In this document: piece by piece, positions 15,822 through 24,331 of the stretch | Layout: the number at the start of each line of letters is the position of its first letter | Numbering within the stretch: the stretch's first letter is position 1 | IMG/VR virus record: IMGVR_UViG_3300027627_000218 | Coordinates: 1-25,492 of that record | Origin: a virus | Taxonomy: Duplodnaviria > Caudoviricetes | Length of the DNA stretch: 25,492 nucleotides | Direction: 5' to 3' (one strand) | Made by a program: the position numbers and the translations under genes | The notes under the pieces: generated by a model | What the model saw: the letters and a program-made list of their open reading frames with translations, nothing else | Told to the model about the DNA's origin: nothing | The model's database searches: none

Positions 15822-16796
15822 ATGTTATTCTCTATACGTTCAGAGTTAGCGTCTGACTTCGGCTTTAGCTTGTCTACTGTCGCAGAGAAGAGCTATCTAA
15901 ACAAGCTTATAAATGACGCTGCTTCTGAGATATATAGGGATAATGAGTTGTATATGTCTGACCGTGAGCAGATATTTGATGTTGGTTCGGAGAATCAAAT
16001 AATTACGCTACCGAGTGACGTAGATAAAGTCTTAGCTGCTCGCAGGTATGAGACAAGGACGCAAATCAAGCAGCAAGATATGCGTCCCCGTTATAGAAGT
16101 TTAGGTTGGGCCGCACCTTATCTAGGTTATCCTTACCTGCAATGGAGATTTAAGAATCGTTCCTGCTTAAAGAAGGAGTTTCTTAATGTTAGTCCTTTTA
16201 CATACACCATAAATCAGGTTGTGGCTGGTGGTTTTTCTATTGTCATAACAGGCAAGACTGAGACTGCATCGAGAATAACAGAGACTATCTCATTTACGGG
16301 CGCGGACATTACTAAGGTAGGTAGTGTTCCATTTGTAGAGTATTTCTCAATGCAGAAAAATAAAACAATGTCACAAGATGTTATTGTGACAGATAGTGAT
16401 GGTCATGAGGTTGCAGTGTTACCCAACAATGAGTTGCAGGTATCCTATCCTTACTATCAGATACTAGACCGTTATGAAACATTTGGCCCTAGCAACACGT
16501 TAGTTGAGATTTTGTATAAGCTCACGCTGCCAGTGCTAGTATTGGATACTGATAGTTTCTTGGATAACATATACGATAAGGTAGTATATTGGAAAGCAGC
16601 GTCTTCTTATTACGCTAAGAAAAGTGGCGAGGATTCTTTAACTAGGGCTTCTGCTTACGATATAAAAGCTAATAGTGTGCTCGCTGCAATCAACGAATCG
16701 TATATGCGAAATGCGACAAGTGAAATAACATACGCGCCAACTGCTGGTATTAGTGTTATGTCAGCAGTTCGCGCGGGTGCTTACACTAACTTCTAA
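15822..16796 (+). CDS. putative head-tail adaptor / tail tubular protein A (start 15822, not 15597)
   Basis: ATG 1 nt after the fibre stop; N-terminal helix pair YLNKLINDAASEIY, ITLPSDV motif, C-terminal helices; precedes the nozzle gene. Confidence 0.7.
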   Translation: MLFSIRSELASDFGFSLSTVAEKSYLNKLINDAASEIYRDNELYMSDREQIFDVGSENQIITLPSDVDKVLAARRYETRTQIKQQDMRPRYRSLGWAAPYLGYPYLQWRFKNRSCLKKEFLNVSPFTYTINQVVAGGFSIVITGKTETASRITETISFTGADITKVGSVPFVEYFSMQKNKTMSQDVIVTDSDGHEVAVLPNNELQVSYPYYQILDRYETFGPSNTLVEILYKLTLPVLVLDTDSFLDNIYDKVVYWKAASSYYAKKSGEDSLTRASAYDIKANSVLAAINESYMRNATSEITYAPTAGISVMSAVRAGAYTNF

Positions 16797-19700
16797 TGGA
16801 AAAAGAACTTACATTCACTAAGGGTAGTTTTAGAGGCGGCATGAATCGCCTCGATGATACTACTAAACTAGCTGATGACCAGTATGCTATGCTAGTTAAT
16901 GGCCGCGCGCGCAATAATATTATTGAGCCTATCATGCGTCCATCTAGGGTGGACTCTGGCTTACCTACTGTTTGTAAGTATCAAGGTGTATATGCTGCTG
17001 GTTCTATTGCCTTAGTATTTATAGGTGGTCAGGCTTGGTTTAAGAATTTCGCAGTCTCTGATTCTGACTTCGTTCAAATTCCCGACTTACAATTATCTCC
17101 CACGGTAGAGACTATATATGTAGAGTTCGTTCCCACGTCAGGCCGGAATTTCAATAGAACAGCTGGAGCTTCTGCTAATGCACCCATACTGTTAGGTGCT
17201 GGTATAGCACAATCTCCGCAGTGTGTTGTTGTGCAGGATGGTATCAATCAACCATGGGTTATTAACAGTAACGCAACAGCTCGCCAGCTGAACACCTTTG
17301 CACAATGGTTGCCTTCTAATCAAGAATATGTTCCCATCGGCCAGCAGATGCTATACCATAATGGTATCTTGTATGTTGTGTCACCCTCAGGCACTGAGAT
17401 ATACAGGTCTGTTACAGGACGTCCTTTAGATTTCGTAGTTGCTGTTGATAATGCTGGCGATAAAGTTGGTGATGCTACTACTGTGTCGCATGCCATAGAC
17501 TACGCGGCCATCACTTGTATTAAGAGCCTTAACACAGATGCTAATGCTATTTTCATAGGCACTTCTTATCGTAGTTACATGATGATGCCTGTCTTTACTA
17601 CTACCATCTATGGTGAGCCTACCTTCAATAACATACCTCTATTCACAGCGGGGCCGCTGAATCAATTTTCATTCATTGAGTTGCAGGGTGATAATGCATT
17701 CCTAACATTTAGTGGTATTCGTAGCTTCAATGCTGTGTTGCAGTTGAAGAATGAAGGTAAGAATTCTCCGTTCAGTTCTCAAGTTGCGCCGTTGATGGAT
17801 GGTATTATACAAGGAGTTACTTGCGCTATCAACTATGATGACTATGCCATGTTCTTTGTTAAGACTGTTCATGGCGATGCTGTTTTAGTCTATGATACAA
17901 TACGAAACACATGGGTAGGTTTGGATAAGTTGACAGGTATTCTGGGTATCAAGCAGTTTGCGGAGGTAAAGATACCGGGCCTTCGTAAGTTATTTTTCAT
18001 TACAAGTGGTGGTATGTATGAATACTATGGCTCTACTTATGTAGAGACTGTGGGCATGTATATCGGAGACTTTACGACGGGGTCTCCAAATGTGCAGCAT
18101 AAGCCTGCAGAGTTGAACTTAGTATTTAATGAGCCAATTGAGTATGGCCTAATCTATGCGTCCATCTTTACAGACAGCAAGCAAGGGAATACATACAGGA
18201 AGTATGTATCTGACATAGTAACCCCACTACCAAAATATCGTGGTTTTCCTTTTGGCGCCGCAGCTGACGATAGAATCCGCGTTGCTAGATTTGATATTGG
18301 GCGCGAGAAAACAGGCTGGAAGGTGGGTGCTTACGTTACATGGACGTTTAATGCTAAGTTATCATACGCGCAACTCAATACGCAAACAGCAGCTAATACA
18401 GAAAGTCAGGCTACTATACTGGCTGAACGCACAACTGGTGCTGTTGTTCTATTTAATGGTATTAGAATTACAGATTTTAATGCAGTTCCTGTTGATAGCA
18501 TTATCGAAGTTGGCGTCACAGATTCTAGCATTAGAATCGTCGCCATTCGATTCTGTTCTACGACGATACAAGTTCTTGAAGATAACGCAGCCTTATCCTC
18601 TAAGGATGTTGATGATATTACATATTATTTCAAACGTGTTAGATGGACGTCGGCGGCTGCTGACATAAGCACTACTAGCGTTTCGCGTATTAGCTGTGAG
18701 TTAGTGTTGATAACAGAGTCGGATGCTATATGCGCTTCTCCTGTTGTTTTATTTGAACCTATCAAGACAGTGCTTCGTGGTGATTGTGGTATAGTTGAAC
18801 TATTGCCGGGTGGTAGTAACCCAACTGTCGACCCAACTGTCGACCCGGGTGGCGGTGGCCCGGGTGGCCCAGATGCGCCTCCAGAACCATGCCTTACTCC
18901 ATCATCTGGAGTTCTTGGAGGAACTGTTACGGTTCAGTTCAATTCTTCAACGGCTGGATATAACCAAGGTCCCGCTGGGCAGCTTGTGCAAGCAGAAACG
19001 GAGCGCTTATTGGCATCAGGTGGTGCAATTGGTCAGCTTACACTTTTCTATGTAGCTGGTGCCGCTGGCAGTGCTGACGGCTGGCAAATTGGCACCATAA
19101 CAGCCATTACATCAGATGGTGAAAATAGTATTATTACTCTGGGAACTCTTACAACTAATGTTAAATACGGAATGGGTGCAACAGTTTTTCTTGCTGGCAC
19201 TACCAAGATAAACGGAGTCGAGCTTGGCACTGACCGTTGTGTGACTTTTCCTCCTGACCCGCCGTCTCATGGCGACCCGTTTGTGTGTGGTAATCTTATA
19301 ACGGTTACTAACTTATATGCCAAAGTTCCAGCAGCACCGCCCGGGCCGGATGGCGTATGTCCGTGCTATACGGTGGATTTAAGTAGTCTAGTTGTATACG
19401 CTCACGCAAAGGTTCGCAATGCAGGGTTCATTCGAATAGTCCCCAATAATCCAGACGGCACTCCCCCTCCGGAAGCTGCCTTGCAGGTCTTCACTGGTCG
19501 TGAGGGTTTCCCCTACGAAGTGTGTTTGCCCAACCCTGGAGTGCATACTTTCCAAGCGCAGGCTGATACGGAGGCGGACGAGAATTATCCTAATGGATGT
19601 TATGACACAGATATTATAACTATAACATTAGAATGTGAGCCATGCGATGCCCTTATAACTTGCAATGATGAATTTCATAATATAGTCAGGACGGCAGAGA

Positions 19701-20716
19701 CGCCTGAGGAATGTCCGTGTTATGATTATGTTCCTTTTGATGCAGTTGTGTGGCTTGATGGATGCGAATCAGTTGGTATGTCTGGCGGCACGGTTGAACA
19801 GGATGGTGTTATATATGAAGCTGGTGTTTCATATTGCTTCCCTGTTGGCGAATACAAGTTTGATATTGTAGCCACTGGCACTGGTGGTTGCGTTCAGCAT
19901 TGTGTTATTACCCTTGTTGTAACGTGTGAATTACCTTGTGATGTTGTGGAATACCGGGATTTCGGCACGTTTATTAAAACAGTTCCCGGGTATGTCGGTC
20001 CTAATGCCGCTTCGGATTATGTCTGGCGGAACCGCGTTGACTTTCCTGCACTATACGAAGAGTATATAATTGATACAGTATCGGCGAGCTACGCCTACAG
20101 TGGCGCTATCATACCCGAGGACGACGAGGGTGCTGGCCTTTCAAATTTCTGCCTGCAGGTAGTTGATAGTCTCGGGCCAGTGAACTTCCGAGTAACAGGG
20201 ACTCACAAGATTACTGGTTGTCCGTTGGATGGAACATATACGGTTGATATGCGGTGGGACTGTTCCTTATTGCCGGCTTCTGTGCACTTCTCTCTTCCGC
20301 TTACAAACATGGGTGAAGGTAGCACGAACTATAGCGGAGAAGGAACACTTATTAGGGGCTACGACCCTCAAGGCGGTCCCCCCATCGTCGGAGACTGCAC
20401 CTACGGTGGCCAAATATCCATACACTCTCATCAACCTCCTAGCGAAACAACGCTTGAGGATGAGGACAACCTTTATAATTGGCACATAGGAGCTACCTCA
20501 AAGGGCAATAGTGACTGGGAGTGGATGATGAGCACAAATATGTGGGGAAATAATCCTGGATTGTCAGCAACCGGCCCTACCATCCCTGCAACTGCCCGCC
20601 AGAACGGATGCTGGGTTGGAGAACCGCCTGCATCATCCAAAACCCCCGTTGGAGTTTATACTCCTGTTTCGGGGTCGTCGTTTGGCGCTCAAGGGTGGGT
20701 TATAACAATCAGCTAA
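16796..20716 (+). CDS. tail nozzle / tubular protein B with long Cys-rich C-terminal extension
   Basis: Start F.GGMN..D....L.DDQY..LVN.R and beta-propeller-like repeats (AVLVYD..RNTW) over about 530 aa, then a Pro/Gly linker and Cys-rich modules. Confidence 0.75.
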   Translation: MEKELTFTKGSFRGGMNRLDDTTKLADDQYAMLVNGRARNNIIEPIMRPSRVDSGLPTVCKYQGVYAAGSIALVFIGGQAWFKNFAVSDSDFVQIPDLQLSPTVETIYVEFVPTSGRNFNRTAGASANAPILLGAGIAQSPQCVVVQDGINQPWVINSNATARQLNTFAQWLPSNQEYVPIGQQMLYHNGILYVVSPSGTEIYRSVTGRPLDFVVAVDNAGDKVGDATTVSHAIDYAAITCIKSLNTDANAIFIGTSYRSYMMMPVFTTTIYGEPTFNNIPLFTAGPLNQFSFIELQGDNAFLTFSGIRSFNAVLQLKNEGKNSPFSSQVAPLMDGIIQGVTCAINYDDYAMFFVKTVHGDAVLVYDTIRNTWVGLDKLTGILGIKQFAEVKIPGLRKLFFITSGGMYEYYGSTYVETVGMYIGDFTTGSPNVQHKPAELNLVFNEPIEYGLIYASIFTDSKQGNTYRKYVSDIVTPLPKYRGFPFGAAADDRIRVARFDIGREKTGWKVGAYVTWTFNAKLSYAQLNTQTAANTESQATILAERTTGAVVLFNGIRITDFNAVPVDSIIEVGVTDSSIRIVAIRFCSTTIQVLEDNAALSSKDVDDITYYFKRVRWTSAAADISTTSVSRISCELVLITESDAICASPVVLFEPIKTVLRGDCGIVELLPGGSNPTVDPTVDPGGGGPGGPDAPPEPCLTPSSGVLGGTVTVQFNSSTAGYNQGPAGQLVQAETERLLASGGAIGQLTLFYVAGAAGSADGWQIGTITAITSDGENSIITLGTLTTNVKYGMGATVFLAGTTKINGVELGTDRCVTFPPDPPSHGDPFVCGNLITVTNLYAKVPAAPPGPDGVCPCYTVDLSSLVVYAHAKVRNAGFIRIVPNNPDGTPPPEAALQVFTGREGFPYEVCLPNPGVHTFQAQADTEADENYPNGCYDTDIITITLECEPCDALITCNDEFHNIVRTAETPEECPCYDYVPFDAVVWLDGCESVGMSGGTVEQDGVIYEAGVSYCFPVGEYKFDIVATGTGGCVQHCVITLVVTCELPCDVVEYRDFGTFIKTVPGYVGPNAASDYVWRNRVDFPALYEEYIIDTVSASYAYSGAIIPEDDEGAGLSNFCLQVVDSLGPVNFRVTGTHKITGCPLDGTYTVDMRWDCSLLPASVHFSLPLTNMGEGSTNYSGEGTLIRGYDPQGGPPIVGDCTYGGQISIHSHQPPSETTLEDEDNLYNWHIGATSKGNSDWEWMMSTNMWGNNPGLSATGPTIPATARQNGCWVGEPPASSKTPVGVYTPVSGSSFGAQGWVITIS
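18819..18846. repeat. 12-bp in-frame tandem repeat ACCCAACTGTCG (PTVD linker)
   Basis: Two full copies plus a partial copy, in a Pro/Gly linker. Confidence 0.85.
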
Positions 20717-20717
20717 C

Positions 20718-21011
20718 ATGAGCTTCTTTGACTCAAACCATTGCAGGTCGAACCTACACTGTAAGACGTGTAGAGAGCAGACTCCTAAAGGTATTGCATT
20801 TCGCATTGATATGAAGCGCAGGTTTAGTGACATCACAAAACAAGACTATGCGTGTCCATATGGACGCGAATGGGGCTTTGTGGGGTTAGGTGATAGAGTT
20901 GCTAGTATAGCACAACCTGTAGCTGGCATGATAGATGCTGTATTAGGAACTAGCTTGAAGACTTGCGGAGGTTGTGCAAAACGTAAAGGTGCATTGAATA
21001 AATTGTCTTGA
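20718..21011 (+). CDS. small Cys-rich protein (GLGD...CGGC..RK..LN type)
   Basis: Six Cys: HCRSNLHCKTC, CPYG, CGGC; tightly coupled to both flanking genes. Confidence 0.75.
   Translation: MSFFDSNHCRSNLHCKTCREQTPKGIAFRIDMKRRFSDITKQDYACPYGREWGFVGLGDRVASIAQPVAGMIDAVLGTSLKTCGGCAKRKGALNKLS
20924..20939 (+). promoter_or_regulatory. sigma-54-type promoter candidate for the ejection-protein operon
   Basis: TGGCAT-GATAGA-TGCT, about 70 nt upstream of the ATG at 21011; closely resembles the 466-481 site. Confidence 0.55.
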
Positions 21012-21376
21012 TGAATCCATATCCAACAGTATCTTCGATAAAGACTACAGATGAATATAAAGCGTGCATAGAAGCGGCTAAGGCTGATAATGATAATATC
21101 AATTGGCCTACTCACGTTGTCAGGTCTAATACTAATGAAATCATTGGCTGTGCTAGTGTTGCATCAGTTCCTTTACTTCTAGTATGGAATTGCTCGGATA
21201 AGGTTAAGGTTCGTGATTCGTTACACTTACAAAGAATATACCGTTCCATAATGGAAACAAAAGGACATGCTGGATATTTTGTAGCGTGTAATAAACATAG
21301 TCCTTACAATAAACATATGCCAGCTCTTGGATATAATAAGGTGTGGGAAACTGAGATATTTTACGAACAACTATGA
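21011..21376 (+). CDS. putative GNAT-fold protein
   Basis: NEIIGCAS strand and C-terminal ALGY motif typical of the GNAT fold; slot between nozzle and ejection genes; TGATG overlap. Confidence 0.55.
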   Translation: MNPYPTVSSIKTTDEYKACIEAAKADNDNINWPTHVVRSNTNEIIGCASVASVPLLLVWNCSDKVKVRDSLHLQRIYRSIMETKGHAGYFVACNKHSPYNKHMPALGYNKVWETEIFYEQL

Positions 21377-22227
21377 TAAACAACAACTACTGTGGTGTTC
21401 CGATGTATGGTAATCGTGTGCTGTGTGGCGACCCCCCCGCGCCCGCCGCCGGTGAATCCACAGCTTCAATGCTGGCAGCTATGAAAGAAAACTTGCCAGA
21501 CTTGATGAAGTTGGCAAACGAGAATATAGCACCCAATGAATTGGCGCAATTATATTCACGCCAGCAGACAGAGCCGGGATATGCCAAGCTTCAGACTGAC
21601 ATATATAACACATCCGGACGGGACTTGAATCGTATTGGTAGCGAGATTGCTCGCTCTAATGCTATGGCGTCTGCTGCTACAGACAGAGATGTTATGTCTG
21701 GGCCGGGAATGGATTTAATACGAGCGGCGAATAGAGCGCAGCGTGAAATCGACCCTGAATACTACAGGCTTCGTGAGCAATCTGCTAAAGGTATCGGCGA
21801 ATTGTTTAAGGGTCAATCTGCTGGCGAGGAGGAAGCTATCACTCGCTTTCTCAATCGCCAAAACATACAATCAGGCAATGCTAATTCTGGCAGTATGTCT
21901 AACGTAATATCGAATGCACAGACATTCGGTAATGCTTCTCGCGACCGCTTAGGGCAGGCTATTGGTATGGCTACTGGAGCTATGGGTGGTATGCGCTCTG
22001 GCGTTGATGTATTCCAGCAGGCTACGGGTAAGCCTTCCTTTGCTAACACTGGTGATAATAAGTTCATGGGTGCTACAAAAGGTGCTGGTGACCAAACTAT
22101 GGGCATGACAGGTAACTTGCTAAGTCAAGTTGGCGAAAACAAGCGCACTGAAATGGGTATCAATGCAAATAGGCGCGATGGATTGGATAGGTTTAATGAA
22201 ACGATGGGAAATATGCCTTCATGCTAA
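21373..22227 (+). CDS. putative ejection (internal virion / pilot) protein 1
   Basis: A/G/M/N/Q-rich helical protein after the tail genes; leader followed by GDPPAPAAG. Confidence 0.7.
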   Translation: MINNNYCGVPMYGNRVLCGDPPAPAAGESTASMLAAMKENLPDLMKLANENIAPNELAQLYSRQQTEPGYAKLQTDIYNTSGRDLNRIGSEIARSNAMASAATDRDVMSGPGMDLIRAANRAQREIDPEYYRLREQSAKGIGELFKGQSAGEEEAITRFLNRQNIQSGNANSGSMSNVISNAQTFGNASRDRLGQAIGMATGAMGGMRSGVDVFQQATGKPSFANTGDNKFMGATKGAGDQTMGMTGNLLSQVGENKRTEMGINANRRDGLDRFNETMGNMPSC

Positions 22228-22676
22228 CACGCACAGAATTATCAATTGCAGTTGAGCAACTACTATTACAACACGAAGATGGCGCTGATGCATTTAGATT
22301 TCTGTGTGCCTATGGAACATTTGCTCATGCTGTGGATGATATCATAGATGAAAAGATAACTAATCCTGAAGTGATACTTAAAACATTTCAGCTGTATTGT
22401 GAAATATTCAATTGCCGCTTTTATCGCAAATACTACGATTACCTGTATCCATTGATTTGCAATATCAATAATGAATATGCTGATAGCGTTCTATATGAAC
22501 ACTCAAATGTGCAATGGAAGAAAGAATTCTCAGATTGCATGAGAACATCAGGTAACACATTGGTCGTCATGGTAGTTAAGCTGTTGTGTGGATATGATGA
22601 ATCCCGTAAGGTAAGCCTGCTATTTAGAGATGATTCTTACAGGCATCATCACGATGAAAATGGAAATCCAATATGA
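22221..22676 (+). CDS. DDxxD isoprenoid-synthase / prenyltransferase-like helical protein
   Basis: HAVDDIID motif (DDIID at 22335-22349) at the end of a helix in an all-alpha 151-aa protein. Confidence 0.55.
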   Translation: MLTRTELSIAVEQLLLQHEDGADAFRFLCAYGTFAHAVDDIIDEKITNPEVILKTFQLYCEIFNCRFYRKYYDYLYPLICNINNEYADSVLYEHSNVQWKKEFSDCMRTSGNTLVVMVVKLLCGYDESRKVSLLFRDDSYRHHHDENGNPI

Positions 22677-23041
22677 GCCTGCTGCGAAAATATGATTCGT
22701 GTATTGGTTTGCTGTTATTTAAGTGCGGCCAATATACGGCAGAGTTGTGGTATTGCCCAGCTGGATATGTTATACCTGAGCATAGCCATCCACATGAGGA
22801 CATTGAGTTAATGTTCATTATGGGCCAGACAACATTCTATCGTCGTAAGCCATTTAAGGTAGATGAGCAATCATACACGCCTAAATGGTATCAGGCTTTT
22901 CGCACGTTCAGTGTAGAAGCTGGATGGTCGCATAGATTCACAGTAGGTAAGTTACCTCTAGTGTTCATCAATTTTGCCAAGTGGCAAGCAGGAATTAAAC
23001 CAACGTCAGCAAGTGTGGATTTTGAGTTATTAACTAAATAA
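22673..23041 (+). CDS. cupin-domain protein
   Basis: Motif 1 PAGYVIPEHSHPHEDIELMFIMG and motif 2 VEAGWSHRF; His-His-Glu-His metal ligands present. Confidence 0.8.
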   Translation: MSLLRKYDSCIGLLLFKCGQYTAELWYCPAGYVIPEHSHPHEDIELMFIMGQTTFYRRKPFKVDEQSYTPKWYQAFRTFSVEAGWSHRFTVGKLPLVFINFAKWQAGIKPTSASVDFELLTK

Positions 23042-23045
23042 AATT

Positions 23046-24323
23046 ATGCCTAATAGACCCGCTCCAGGTAGTAGCCGTCGTAGTAGTGGTGGTGGAGATA
23101 GTCAGCTTGGTGCTGCTATCTTTGGCGGGCCTGCGTTAAATGCTGACTTTGGCAAGGAGCCTGTCGAGGGCGGACCAGTTAGTAAGTATGGTGCTGACCG
23201 TCTTTATCAAGACCCCACGCTCATGCAGCGTATATTTAATCCGCGCGGCGTTGATGACGCTACTCGCCAACAGGCTGCGATGAATGTTAATCAGATGATT
23301 TCCAAGCTGGATTCTGCGAGGCAGTTGCAGAATGCGATAGCGTTGCAGAAGATTGGTCATACGAATGCTTTGGATTTGCAGCAAATACAAGAAGATGCGC
23401 GTAAGGATGCTGTTCTTGGGACTGCCGTAGAGCAGGGTATAATTCGCAAAGAAGCATTTGCAGACGCGCGAATGTTAAATAGCGAACAGGAACAATTAAA
23501 AAAAGAAGGCGAGACTCGTAAAAATGATCGTGAGGATTTGCTATCCAAACGTAAAGATTTGGATGCTGGACGCGCGTTATATAGTGTGCTTGGACGGACG
23601 CCTGCCTTTGCTAATAATATCATACCGGCTCCCTTAGAAACGCCCACAGATGATATGCTTGCCCAGTATGGTAGGGCAGCATCCGCATATGGTGGCACTG
23701 ATATGGGACAGGCGGGCGCAGGACAAGTTGTAACTAAACAGAATGCTCTGAACGCACAGAATACCCTGGCAGCAACGCCTGCATGGTTGGCTGCTCTATT
23801 AGCTGCTAAACAGAAAGAAGGCTCTACACTTGTTGGTGCTGGTGATTATTTGCATCAATTTAATCCTAATCTGGCTCCTGTTACCGGAGGTTTCAAGAGC
23901 CAAGTGAGCACGCCTAGTAGTATTCCTGGCGCGCCTCCTACTCTTTCTGACCAATGGAATGCAGCTAAAGTAGGTTTGCCTGCCAATGAACAGGCTGCCA
24001 AAGTTGCTGCTGCTATTGCTGCTGGAGAAGCTACGACACGCAGCCCGATTTCTAAACCTTTCGAAGCGGCAGCGGCAGCAGCTAGGCAAAAGCAGTTAGA
24101 CGCAGAACGCACTATCGAAAATGTAGGCGTGAAGGGCAAACTTATGGACTTTGGCACTGCGATGTTTAGCGGTGATAATCCTAATAGTATTTGGAATAAT
24201 CCGTATGTGCCAATTATCCCAGGTATAGCTAGTCTAACACCATTCACTCCACAGAATGACCGGATGATTTCGAAGCTGCAGGAATGGATATATGGAAAAG
24301 CTGGAAAACCCGCGTCTAGATAA
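23046..24323 (+). CDS. putative ejection protein 2
   Basis: 425 aa, A/Q/G-rich with coiled coil; synteny. Confidence 0.65.
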   Translation: MPNRPAPGSSRRSSGGGDSQLGAAIFGGPALNADFGKEPVEGGPVSKYGADRLYQDPTLMQRIFNPRGVDDATRQQAAMNVNQMISKLDSARQLQNAIALQKIGHTNALDLQQIQEDARKDAVLGTAVEQGIIRKEAFADARMLNSEQEQLKKEGETRKNDREDLLSKRKDLDAGRALYSVLGRTPAFANNIIPAPLETPTDDMLAQYGRAASAYGGTDMGQAGAGQVVTKQNALNAQNTLAATPAWLAALLAAKQKEGSTLVGAGDYLHQFNPNLAPVTGGFKSQVSTPSSIPGAPPTLSDQWNAAKVGLPANEQAAKVAAAIAAGEATTRSPISKPFEAAAAAARQKQLDAERTIENVGVKGKLMDFGTAMFSGDNPNSIWNNPYVPIIPGIASLTPFTPQNDRMISKLQEWIYGKAGKPASR

Positions 24324-24331
24324 TAACTATT

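Noticed and set aside
19011-20496. Additional TGGCAY sites (about 19011, 19876, 20480)
   Set aside because: GC is off by one base; sigma-54 spacing is strict.
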